Shown: in pieces, positions 13,846 through 26,582 of the stretch | How the letters are laid out: each line of letters starts with the position of its first letter | Numbering within the stretch: position 1 is the stretch's first letter | Origin: Chlorokybus atmophyticus | Taxonomy: Eukaryota > Plantae > Mesostigma and Chlorokybus algae | Reading direction: 5' to 3' | Assembly: GCA_009103225.1 (NCBI GenBank) | Contig: RHPI01003599.1 | Span: 419,859-483,858, forward strand | DNA length: 64,000 bases | Notes under the pieces: generated by a model | Database searches by the model: none | Seen by the model: the letters and a program-made list of their open reading frames with translations, nothing else | Told to the model about the DNA's origin: nothing | Translations under genes and position numbers: made by a program

Positions 13846-15216
13846 TCACCTGGTTGGCACAATGTCATCTATCTTTAAGATCATACGAACTGTTTCTGTT
13901 GCCAACGTGATTGCACTCGTGGTGACAAGGAGAGGTTGCACCACGTTCTCTTCAAGAATGTTGGTGATGGCGCCCTTGCGCACGTTGATGCCAGTGTTCA
14001 CCTCGCCCTTTGCGTGCAAGTTGCGCAGCTCTGTGACAATGGCGATGGGGTTGAGGCCCGCGTTCTCTGCGAGCGTGTACGGGATGACCTCCATGGCGTC
14101 TGCAAAAGCGCGCACGCAATATGACTCCATGCCGGTCAGTGTCTTTGCCCACTGTCCGAGCTGCCTCGAAAGCTCAATCTCGGGCGCACCCCCTCCGGCA
14201 ATCAGGAAACGCTTCTGTACAAGACATCTCACGACGCAGAGTGCTGCACAACAAAGATGACATACGATGTTGGTGAGTTGCTTGAAAAAAAACTGGCGAG
14301 CTTTACATCAGCGTGACACACGCGCGACCATGCACACAGAGACACACCACCTTGAGCAGCCAGCTTACCGTCGTGTAGACTGCGCTCTGCCTCGCTGAGC
14401 ACAAGGTTGTTGCTGCCTCGGAGCAGCACTGTAGCTGTCCTTCCCATATCATGGATACCCGTGATCTTCACAACCTTACCCCGCCCCATGTCCACCTCCT
14501 CAACCATATCAGCAGTACCCAGCTTCTCTGGCTTGAAGTGGTCAATATTTGATATCGGCAAGCAGTGCAGTGTCTTGCTGATGAACTCAATCTCATCCCG
14601 CTCAATATCCTGCAGCACATGCATGTCATGTAGCAGCGAGTGCTGAGAGTTTCATTGCGCTCACTGCATGTGCAGCGTATAAGTGTTGATTACCTTCACA
14701 ACCATAATCTTGGCCTTGGCCAAGTAGTGCAACGATAGGTCTGTCACAGCGTCGCGCAGAATGCTCTTTTGGATTAGCAAAACGTTGCAACCCGCAGCTT
14801 TGATTTTCTTCACGAGGTTCAATATATAGTTGCGCTCCTCCTTGAGTATCCTGTCCATCTGCATGAGGCATAGACATAAGCTATCACCGGGGAAAAGCAA
14901 GAAAGCATGCTGCATAACCTGGCTTTGCATGCATGTTACCACGCAGTGCTAAGGGAGTGGTGACATCCACTATGCTAAATATATATNNNNNNNNNNNNNN
15001 NNNNNNNNNNNNNNNNNNNNNNNNNNNNNNNNNNNNNNNNNNNNNNNNNNNNNNNNNNNNNNNNNNNNNNNNNNNNNNNNNNNNNNNNNNNNNNNNNNNN
15101 NNNNNNNNNNNNNNNNNNNNNNNNNNNNNNNNNNNNNNNNNNNNNNNNNNNNNNNNNNNNNNNNNNNNNNNNNNNNNNNNNNNNNNNNNNNNNNNNNNNN
15201 NNNNNNNNNNNNNNNN

Positions 15217-15251
<35 letters not shown>

Positions 15252-16909
15252 CACCAACACACTCACGCATGCAGACAATCACTTGCACATATCCAACGAC
15301 TATCAACCATCAGCAACTCTCACCGCAGCATAGTCTTGGACGATAACCGAGTTTTCTATGTCTGTTTTCGGAGGCGACAGCTGGAACTGTATCAACCCAA
15401 TCCTTGCGTTGGCTATTGAGGTGGGCCCGCCGGCGGACTTGGCCGACTTCTGATCAAACACCAGACCATCGACCAGCTCCGAGTCATCAACAGTGCCGCC
15501 CAGCTTTTGCACAATGCGAATGTCGCGCAAGTCCACCGATCCCGGTCGGTCCGGGTCAATCACGCGAAGCACGCAGTCAACGGCCATGGGCGCCAGTAGA
15601 GAGGAGTACTGACTCACAACCTGCTCAACACAAGCGTTGCAATTATGTGCAACAGCACAACATAGCAACATCCATGCATTGCAATCAGAAGCAACACCAG
15701 CAACACGGTAACATCCACATTCACATGCATAGCAACATGGCAACATGTTGCTTTGCTTGTGGTGCTGTTTTATCCGGAGCCAACAGATGCACTGCAACTT
15801 GAGCACAGAAACAAGACAAAGCGCCGAATCATGTGTGCACGTGCATGCAACAATGCAACGGAACCTGTTACTGGTCACAACAGCAGAAGCACACTGACCT
15901 TGCTTGCAAGTGAAGTGGTAGCGCTTTTCAAAAGCGACTCCCTGTCTGTGAGTTCAATCGGAATGGCCATCCCTTGGTACACCTTCAACCAACATAATCA
16001 CAAAATGAGGGTTCCTTGCGTGGCACTGCAGCACACACAACACTACACACTGCTTGGGTTTGAGAGCGACCACCTTGCAAACACACCCGACATCAGCGCA
16101 CCTCAACAGCCTTGTTGGCAGCCCTGAAGAGCGCCTCTGATATGATAGTGGGGTGGATGCCCTTCTCCAGGAGCTCCATGCACTTGGCCAGCAGCGCGCC
16201 CGCCAGGACAACCACCGAAGTGGTGCCGTCCCCCGCCACAATGTCCTGCGACTTGGCCAACTCCACCAGCATCTTTGCTGCGGGTTGCGTGACCGACATC
16301 TGCGATGGAAACACACGCATTGTAGCAACAACGACTGCAACAAGCTACTTGATCCGATTGCAATGGTAATTCTGAGAACAAACATGCACATGTAATCCAA
16401 TGCTTACATGCACAGTGCACAAGCAGCAATGCAGTAACTAAAGATTGCAAGTGGTTGCCAATGTGAAATTGCGTTTTCTGTTGACAAGCTCTTCAATATT
16501 TAACTTTGCTTGCTGGACATTTCTAAAGCACGAAAGAACGTGCCATAAGCATGCAGACCTTGATACATCCTCATGGGTGGCTGATGTAGCCTTGCATTGC
16601 ATGCAGGTGTGAGTGAGGTGTACAATGCATGGGTGTGCACTTGTGAGGAAGCACGCGACGGATCTGTGAAGCGCTGACCTTATTGAGGATGGTGGCGCCA
16701 TCATTGGTAATGATGACCTCGCCGTCCGCCGCCTTGAGCATCTTGTCCATGCCCTTGGGGCCCAGGCTGGTCCGGACAGCGTCCGCAACGGCCTTGGCGG
16801 CCATCATGTTGGTGACCCTGACGTCATCCTTGCGCTTGTTCTCGCTGTACGTCTCGCCCTTCCTGCCACCACTGCCCCCTCCCCCAGGAACCACCCCTGC
16901 ATCCCCCAT
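13846..16909 (-). CDS. CCT4: T-complex protein 1 subunit delta (chaperonin CCT4), multi-exon
   Basis: [55 protein letters not shown] and [30 protein letters not shown]. The delta-type N-terminus is [11 protein letters not shown]. An assembly gap falls inside one intron. Confidence 0.96.
14987..15216. other. Assembly gap (230 N) within an (AT)n tract in a CCT4 intron
   Basis: N run flanked by ATAT repeats. Confidence 1.
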
Positions 16910-16987
16910 TGCCACAACGACACCCACACCCACACCGCCGCCGCCGCCGCCGGAAAGAAATGTAAGACAAAATTGCGAGAAACACTT

Positions 16988-16996
16988 TTAGGGTTT
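16988..16996. promoter_or_regulatory. Telo-box (AAACCCTAA) in the CCT4/glutaredoxin divergent promoter
   Basis: Exact TTAGGGTTT, 79 bp upstream of the CCT4 ATG, within the 242-bp spacer. Confidence 0.5.
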
Positions 16997-17151
16997 TGTT
17001 TGACGGTTACAAACTGCAGTCAAACAACTCAGTTCCTTGTGCAGCTAAATTGCATGCGGTTTGACTGGTGTCAAACTGAGAAGGCCACGTAGCTGGCGTT
17101 GTGGGCGGCGGCGGCGGGAGGACGAGGTGGAGGTGAAGGAGGAGGAGTTGC

Positions 17152-18015
17152 ATGGGCTCACAGGCCAGTAGACCATCCGTAATGGCGGCTGCTCAGAAGG
17201 CTAAGAGCGCGGTGGCGGAGAACCCCGTGGTGGTGTTCAGGTAGGTCTGGGGCCAAGGTGTCGGCCAGCACATGCCTGACCGTCTTGTCGTCATCGTTGG
17301 CATGTCGTTGACATTGACCCTTCTGAACTAAGTCCTCCTTGTATTCTCTCCGCAGCAAGAGTTACTGCCCATACTGCATAAGGTACTTACCATGCTGCTG
17401 AGCTTGACAGCAGTGGTGTTGTGCATGTTGCTGCTTGAAACCTATGAATTTTCCTCAAACAGCTTGAAGAATCTAATGGCCAAGCTTGGAGTCAAGGCGA
17501 AGGTGTTTGAGCTGGACCAGCAGTCAGACGGCAGCGACGTTCAGGCTGCCCTTCAGGAGTGGACTGGCCAGCGGACGGTTAGTACATGCACTTTGTATAC
17601 AGTGTCACAGCTAAATTAGAAAAGATGTCCTTGTCACTCCTTGATTTGACTTTGGTTTTTACTGCAGCGTGTGTGCACAATTAATCTGTCTTGCTCTTCA
17701 GGTTCCCAACGTGTTTATAGGTGGCAAGCATGTCGGAGGCAATGACGGTGAGTGGTACTATGATGCCATGCAAGATGATCAGTCAGTTTCTTGCCTATAC
17801 TAGGCAAGCCATTGCCTAGTATGCAATGCAGGTTTCAGTTGAGTCAATGTGTGATAGTATTATTAGTTGCGTGTGAGTGAGCATTTATTCTGTTTTCTGT
17901 TCTGCTCTAATCGAATGGTTGGTTTCTCTTCACAGTTTGTCCTGCTGCAGATACCGTGGCGCTACACAGCGCGAACAAGCTGGTGCCAATGTTGAAGGCT
18001 GCGGGCGCATTGTGA
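17152..18015 (+). CDS. Class I dithiol glutaredoxin (CPYC), 113 aa, 5 exons
   Basis: Exons 17152-17240, 17356-17382, 17463-17577, 17702-17747 and 17951-18015 splice in frame to MGSQAS...ENPVVVFSKSYCPYC...QEWTGQRTVPNVFIGGKHVGGND. Confidence 0.95.
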
Positions 18016-19360
18016 GGGGGCATGTCTCGCTTCTCAGTGTGGTTTTGTGCATAGTAGATCAGGGTTGGGTCATTCTTTTCCTGCAATAAGGTGGGCACGT
18101 TGTGGAGGTCCTTGAGCAGGTTTTCTTATGACACTTGTTGAACTTAAATCCTATCAGCACAGGTGTTGCATACAGGATTCAACATATGGATTTAGTCACT
18201 CATGCGACACTAGCAGCATCGTCAAGTGGGGGAAGGTTACAGAGTTACCTGCCGGGTTGCTCACGTTGATGATGCCGCCGCTACTGCTGCACATGCGTGC
18301 GATGTGAACATGTTGGTGTTGTTGGCGATCTAGAACACTGGAGAAATGCACATATAGCCAAGTGATGGTACACAACAGCAGCAACAGGGTGCAAAACTGC
18401 CCACACACATTTATACTATTTGCTTATGCGCCCATGCCAACACACAACCCTTTACCCCACACCTCCACCGCTGATGCTGACAGTCACTACAACATGAGTG
18501 CGCATGCGCGCCAGATTGCTAGCGCTGATCAAAGCAGCATGCAGTGAGCAGAGCGGGGCAGTGAGCGGGACTGCCATACGGATGGACCCTCAGCCCAAGC
18601 TGGATAGGACAGAGCGAAGGGGCGGGGCAGAGAGTGGACGGCAGGGAGGAGAAGGAGAGAAGGAATGACAGGAAGAGCAGAGGCGGAGGGAGTGGGACGC
18701 TGTGGGTGCTGCTGCTTTTTAATTGCACCCGCTGACTGCTGAGTTGGAGACGTTAAACCTCACCATAAATCGCAGGTGATTACACATGGAATTGTCTACC
18801 CAGTACACATGCATGCATGCCGGTTGATCTAACTGGTTGGGTTAGTAGTGAAGGCAGGTAGGTAGCAAGTAGGTTGACCGCTGGTGGTGAATGGAAGTGC
18901 TTGGTGGTGTGGTGAGATGTCTTGCATTGCATGTGTCACACTCCCATGCATGCCACAACTTCCGCATTGCATATTGTAGCTACGTACAGCTGCCTACGCA
19001 ACACACACAGCAGCATACCCCTTTTATACATGCGCACACACACAAAGACCAACCGCAGTGAATCGGACCAGAGCACTGGCCTTTGTTATTTTACAAGCAT
19101 GAACTTATTCCCATGACAGCGAAAGTCGCTCAACTGTCATGTCCATGTCTTCCCCAACTACTGCTGAGTCAGGTCTTTGTCAACTGACTCAGTGTCCTCA
19201 GTCAACGCTAGTATCCACGTTACACCATCTTGATGACCAAAACTGATAGCTACCAACGCCGGGGCACTGACTATCAACCGGGCACCCTTGATACAACCCT
19301 ACAAAAAAACAGAAACAACAATGTGTCGCTGTGTTGCTCACTCTCTCCGAGTGCTGTGTG

Positions 19361-20935
19361 TCACTGCGCGTATATGGCCACCAGCTTGCGCCACACATGT
19401 ATGTCCTCAACGCGTATGAGCTGCCCGCGCACGTGGGCATTTCTCTTGTTTACCAGGTTGAGGATTATGCGTGCAAACAATCTGCTCGGCAGCGCGTTTT
19501 CCGGCTTCAGCGCATCGTACAACTCATCCGTCTCGACACGCATACCTAAACACAGCTTTGCATTAAGTGTGCGCGCTGCCGCAATATATTTCAACAATGT
19601 AACACGCACACACACTCGCACACACTCACATGCGCACACACATAGACACACGCGCGCGCACACGGTCACTCACCGATCAACAAGTTGTTCACGCGCATTT
19701 TGTGTTCGGACGCTTCATTCATTGCAGTGTATGCGAGCGCCTTCACAGTCGCGGCTGCCACACCTGCATTGAACATACAAACCCACTCAGCAACCTCACC
19801 ATGGAGAACCAGTTACTGACAGCCAATCAAAGAGATGTACAAGCAGGCATTATCTTGGATTGCCACACATATGCACAGACTTCCATAGCACAGGCCAGAG
19901 GCAGGCACACACGCAACGAACCACATACTACCGCCTATGTCACACATACTTACCGGTGGCTCCTGTGTTGGGGTTCTCTGCGGCGCATCCTGTGAGAAAC
20001 GTCCACGTGGTGTGGTCGCGGTCGAGCATGTGGGCCGCGAGGGCGCGCCAGACGAGGAAGTGCGGGTCTACGTTGCACACCATGACGTTGCGCCACTGCT
20101 CAGGCGTCATCTCGTGCATCGGCGGCAAGCTGTGGTACGGACCCATCGCACCCACCACGTGGTCAATGTGACCAAACCGCGCAAGCGCCTCCTCCAAAAC
20201 CTGCGCAAAATGAGGGTGTTTCCTTACAACTTCAACTGAACACATGTCTGTGCAGAAGCAAACAGTCGCAACTTGAAGAGAATGCACACACGTATGACGC
20301 ATTCATAGGTTGCTGTGCATGCGCGCATGTGCCTCGCGCGGGGGTAAGTGCACGAATGAATGTGTGGATGCGTTCAGCGCAGGTGTCTAATACAACATCC
20401 TGGCGCAGGAGGTATATGTCACACAAAGCGGAGTTATGCTGAACGCAGGCAGATCCGACATGAGCAGGCGCAATTCAAGTCGGAAGACACAGCACCCACA
20501 CGCGCGCAAACGTGTACACGTGCACACGCACACGCACACGCACTGACTGCACTGCGCCACTCCCCCTCCCTCACCTGTCTGGACCCCTCTTCCGTCCTGA
20601 CGTCCGCCTTCACCGCGCACAGCCTACCGCTCCTGGCGAGTGCCGGGCCGACCATGACCCCGAGCCGCTCCATCCCCGCGTCGGTGGCGCAGGGGGCCAC
20701 CACCGCCACGCCGTGCTCAAGGAAGGCGCGGACCACGCCGTTGCCGATGTTGCCGGTGGGGTTGACGACCACGGCGACCTGGAGGAGGGGATTGTTGTGG
20801 TGGTACAACATGGCATTTGCTATCGAAGCATGCACGTGTGGCTCCAAGAAGTGTGACATACACGCTCACGCACAGGCACGGGCACACGCACAACATGACA
20901 TTATGGCTCACCGTTTCCTCATCTGGCAATGCCAT
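19361..20935 (-). CDS. Atypical short-chain dehydrogenase/reductase-fold protein, 5 exons
   Basis: MALPDEET|VAVVVNPTGNIGNGVVRAFLEHGVAVVAP...CAVKADV...|VLEEALARFGHIDHVVGAMG...WRNVMVCNVDPHF...WTFLTGCAA. This is a Rossmann/SDR layout with canonical splice sites and no YxxxK. Confidence 0.75.
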
Positions 20936-22072
20936 AGGTGCAGATGCTCAGGCTGGCCCCGTTGCTGTGGCAATGCCGGAGGGAGAGCCCTGGCTGGCCT
21001 GCCTGGCCTGACGTGGCCTTGGCTGCTAGCTCGGTCCAGCCGCCAGCATGTCTCCAGCAAAGGGGAGGAGGGGAAGCAACAGGGGCAGGCAGGCAGTTAC
21101 TTCTCAGCTGACGCAAGCTTCTCCCCACCTTACCTCCTCACCCCGCCGCCCCACCTCCTCAACCACGCCGCCTACCCCTTCGCCGCCACGCATCGATTTG
21201 CCTTAATTTGATTTTGTCGTTTTTGTCCCCCCACCCAAACTGCGCTCGTTTCTTGTTCCGACGTGTCGCTGACGTGTGAGCGAATTTCTCACACTGAGAA
21301 AGGCAAGCAGCCAAAAAGGGGACCTTTGATGGAAGTTGAAAAGGTAGTTATGCCCCGGCGGTTATGCTACGCACCGCTTCAGTGGCTGCGGAAGTTACCG
21401 GCGAGCGGTTCCTTGCTTGGAAGCTATCGCGGGCGTGGACAGTCCACCCGGCCGGTCAGCGACTGGAGAATCGATAGAACCGTCGCGCTGGGCACAGTGT
21501 GCAGCACACTGGACGCCGGTGCGAGTCACGGTGCGAATCACGACGGCGTCGTCTACCGGTCACCAATCGGTTAATGTGGCAAGAAGATTGCCCCTTTCCT
21601 TGCCACGAGCTGAACTTCCGAAATCGCTGACGGCAAGCTACTCGTCAGCACGTGCGCAACGTCGACCACTGACACACACAAGATCTCACACCCGACTTTA
21701 CCGTGTCACGCGGCTGACATGGTCAGCCACTGACACTGTCAGCCGCATAGGTTACGCCGACGTACGATTCTGAGGCTAATCGTCGACGCAGCCACGCGGA
21801 GCTGCGCAACCCGTACAGTATGTGCCGTCGTCAGGTGCTTAGTATTTGGCCAAGGCTGCGCAGCACCGCGTACCGTACCAGTAAGCAGCATCGTCCAGCG
21901 TGCATGGACATGAAACGCATGCTATAGGCAGCGTATGGAGTGTTCATGGCAAATCCACCGAACATTGTTAATGGATTAGTGGCTGTATGCGTACATAAGG
22001 TTGGCAATCGTATGCGTATAGCAGAGCGCACATGCCAAAGGCGCTGCTGACTGCATGCACGTGAGGGATGTG

Positions 22073-23786
22073 ATGATGGCGGCGGCAGGGGCCGGGTTGG
22101 CGGTGGTGACGGGGGCCAACAGGGGCATCGGGTTGCAGCTCTGCAAGGACCTTGCCGCGGCGGGCAAGGGCGTCGTGCTTGCTGGCCGGGACGCGGTGGG
22201 CGTCGACGATGCTGCACAGAGCATCAGGTAGGTGTGAGCGCCTGAGCCGTACAGCATCCATCCAGCTGTTAGTCTTGGCGTCACTAGCCAAAGCATACAT
22301 GCATGAGTTTCTACGCGCAGTTTGTTTACACCAGTTTCCCATCATCTTGTGTCATGTGTCACATCCGTAGTGCAGCTCACATGCATGGCTGTTTTGCAGC
22401 TTTGAACAATGTGCGTGCCACTGTCTATGGTTGGTTTGTTTTGAGCAGCGACTGATTAGGGTTTGATCATGGCTAGGTTGGCGCATCCAAAGGTGCATGT
22501 GGACGCACTTTCGCTAGATTTGGGGGATCGCAGCAGCATCGCCAATGCAGTTGCTGAGATAGCCAGGAAGTACGATCAGAAGGTGAGTGACGCAGTGAGT
22601 GAGTAAAGCTCTCCATTTTCAATGCATGCAGATGCATACGAATTTGTGTCGTACAATGTCCCATGTAACAGGTTGGCGAGTGTGCATAAACGTTTCCTTG
22701 AATTGATACACAAGCATAGGTGCATGCGCTCATGTATGCATGTGTGCGCGCGTGCGCGTTTGCACAATCTACTTGCTGCGTTGCCTTGATGATGTGATCA
22801 AGGTGTCGTCAATCTGCCGTCTATTGGCATCAACGACACCACGCACCAGGTGACGCTGCTGGTGAACAACGGCGGCGTGTACGAGGACGGTTGGACAGAG
22901 GACACTTTCAAGCACGTCGTGGGCATCAACTACGCTGGCACCAATGTGCTCACGCTCGCGCTGGTGCCACACCTTGCAAATGGCGCACGCATCATCAACG
23001 TCTCCTCCGGCTACGCTCAGGTAGGACTTGGCACGCACTTTCTCTCTTGCTGTCTTTTGCAGGATAACGCTCTCATTGCTTGCCACTCATGCTTCTGATA
23101 CGGTTGACTGCCTGAATGATGCCTGCCTGAATGTTGAACGAACAAACCCAAGTTAGGCCTCTAAGCTTGCAGCATTTCAACTTGAGCTGTGGTGCTTGCC
23201 GATTGTAATGCAGCGCAGCTTCTTGTCGCCTGAGTATAGGAGGTTGATTGAGAGCGCTCAGAATTTGGACGACTTGGATGCGATCAAGTACATTGCCACA
23301 GACCAGCACATGGACGCTATCAACCCTCAGCGCGCCGTCGTGCAGGGCCCATCAGTCCCGTGTTACAAGGTGGGTTTGCAGCTTGCATGCACTTGAGGAC
23401 TTGCGTAGTCTTGTGAAGTAGTAGCGTTATGGGTTTGAGAGCATGTCTCAATGTGTCATGCAATGCAGGTGTCCAAAGCAATGCTTAATAGGGCAACGGA
23501 GCTGCTAGCACACGACAAAAGGTTGACCGAACGCGGGATTACCATCAATGCTTGTAACCCAGGTAAGCTAGGAAGCGATTGTTGGTTGCAATAGATTGAA
23601 TCCTTGATATATCTGATCAAATCAAGACTTGCCACCTGCAAAGGTTGGACGCGTACACGGTTGGGTGGGGAGCGCGCTGTGCGCAGCGTTGAAGAGGCAT
23701 CCGCATCACTCATGTGGTTGTGCACATTGTCGGGTGATGTGCCCACCGGGCAATATCTGTTTGATGGGCACAGTCAACCACTGTAA
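22073..23786 (+). CDS. Classical SDR, carbonyl-reductase-like, 6 exons
   Basis: VVTGANRGIG, LDL, LVNNGG, INVSSG, catalytic YKVSK (split by an intron), NPGWTRTRLGG and GQYLFDG. Confidence 0.9.
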
Positions 23787-24396
23787 TGCAATGAGCACTG
23801 CAGGGCGACTGATAGCCAAGAACTGCATCCTATAATATATGTATGTACAAACAGTATGGTGGTTGCAAGTACGCAGAAGGTCTTGACAACAGAGTATGAG
23901 AACAGGACTCTAGCTGCACTTGTTTTTGTCTCCGTCCAGTGCTGGTTACAAAGGAGTACTATCACTGTGTGTTGATTGCTTAAATTGTAGTGAGCCATAC
24001 ATGACTTATACCTTATACATGCATAGCTCGCATGCCATAACATGCGGTTGTGCACAAATGCCTTCCATGTTATCGATGCATTTGTTATTATGCCGTTTTG
24101 TGCGCGTGTGTTAACACAAGCCTTACTAACCATCTGCAAACACTTGATACGTTGTAAGGGTACTTCCATAGCACGCCTTTGTTGTTGTTGTTGTATAAGT
24201 TAATATACTGTTACACACCCCGCCTTCCGCCTTTATAGACATGTGTGTCATTGTTACCTACACCAGACTTTGGTGGCATTGTGGCGTGGTAACAGTGGGA
24301 GCTAGGTGGGAACAGATACGTGCAATAGCGCATGATGTGCAACGTGCTTGTCTTGGCCATTAATTGATTGTTGCTTTCAAGTTGTATTTGTCCATG

Positions 24397-25007
<611 letters not shown>

Positions 25008-26582
25008 GACGCACGCACGCACGCATGCACGCACGCGCGCGCCAACTTCAAGCACATGGAGGGAGTTAAGCTGAAAAACGTGAACATCCTTGCATGTATG
25101 TGTCTAGATGGGTTCAAGGGGCGATGGTTAGCTAGCTGATGTGACAACTATAACGTGGTGGTGGTTGTGGTGTGAACCTTGTGAGTGCTTTGTGCTATGC
25201 CATAGCACAAAGCACTCACAAGGTTGCCATGCACGACACATGCGGCCTGGCAAAGTGCTGCATCGCATTTCCTTGTACACGCTTAGCAAATGCACTTACG
25301 CACCGTGCGTCGTGACGAGCGCACGCATTTACCCATGCTACGCAGGTGCACACAAGTGGCACGTAAGTGTCCAGTTTCAGCATACGCTCGCACACACACA
25401 TATAACAGCCTCGCGCTTATCCGGTACACGCACGCACACACACGCTAAGCACACACATGCACACACGCGCAGGCATACACCCACGCTCAGCACATACACA
25501 CGCATGCGTGCATGCACGCTCTCACACATTTTTAGCACACGCACGCATGCATATGAACCCATACGCCCATTTCCATAACATCATATGCCGGTAGCCGTGT
25601 TTTTGATTTGTTTGGCGGCGCCACTCCTTTGACATCAGCATGTTGCGCGACAAGAATGTGATACAACGTCGTGTGGGTGCTTACATGATGCAATTCATCT
25701 TACAGCTTTATAATGCTGACCGAGCATGACCATGTATGTTGCATGCAAAAACCAACCTCAAGGGTGTCGTCGTTGCCTCCACCGCAGGCTATTTTATTTT
25801 GCCTCTCGCTCTCTTGATCGCCGTTAAACTTCTAGCGGTTGACGGGCTACAATAATACCATTGTGACGGTCCCTCTGTGAAGATTGCCGCAACGAGTGCA
25901 CAAATTTGATGATATTTGTTTAGGTCATGGATTGTGGTATGTCATCGCGGACATGCGCATGCCCGCGCGTACACAAGCACATATGCATAGCATGGCAAGC
26001 GGAGCAGGCACAACAAGCAGAATAAGTTAATACTACACCTGGGGCCATTTACTATTGCACGCATAGCAGCGTTGCGCACACATTGCACGCACGCATACTC
26101 ATAGTTAGGTGAGAGCAGGATAGGCTAAGCTACGGCTATACCCCCTAGCGTAATAGGTCTTCCTATGTGTGTGTGTTTATTGCCGCTAAATAGATAGGGC
26201 GCATTGATCACCGCACCTCATGTATGTGTGTTGTAGCAATGAGCTACACGCATGCGCACGCACGTGGGCTTGCTTGCACATATGCATGCCAACGCAAACA
26301 TAACATTGAAAGGCTCACGCATACTACCTCATTTATGACAAGCAATGCATCGCCATTCCATGTGCGACATGAAGTTTGTTGCGACTTCTCCACATCTTTC
26401 CTTCAACTGGAACTTCCTGTCACAGCGCTTCCAACTTCTCTTCCTGGAAGACAAGCATGCGCAGGGGCCGCTCGAGTTTTCCACAACACTTCCGGAAGCT
26501 TCACAAAACAACCAAAACAAACCGGAAAACGGTAACCGTCAGAAAGCAGAGTTGAGAAAGCGTCTTGCAGGCAGTGCACAGC

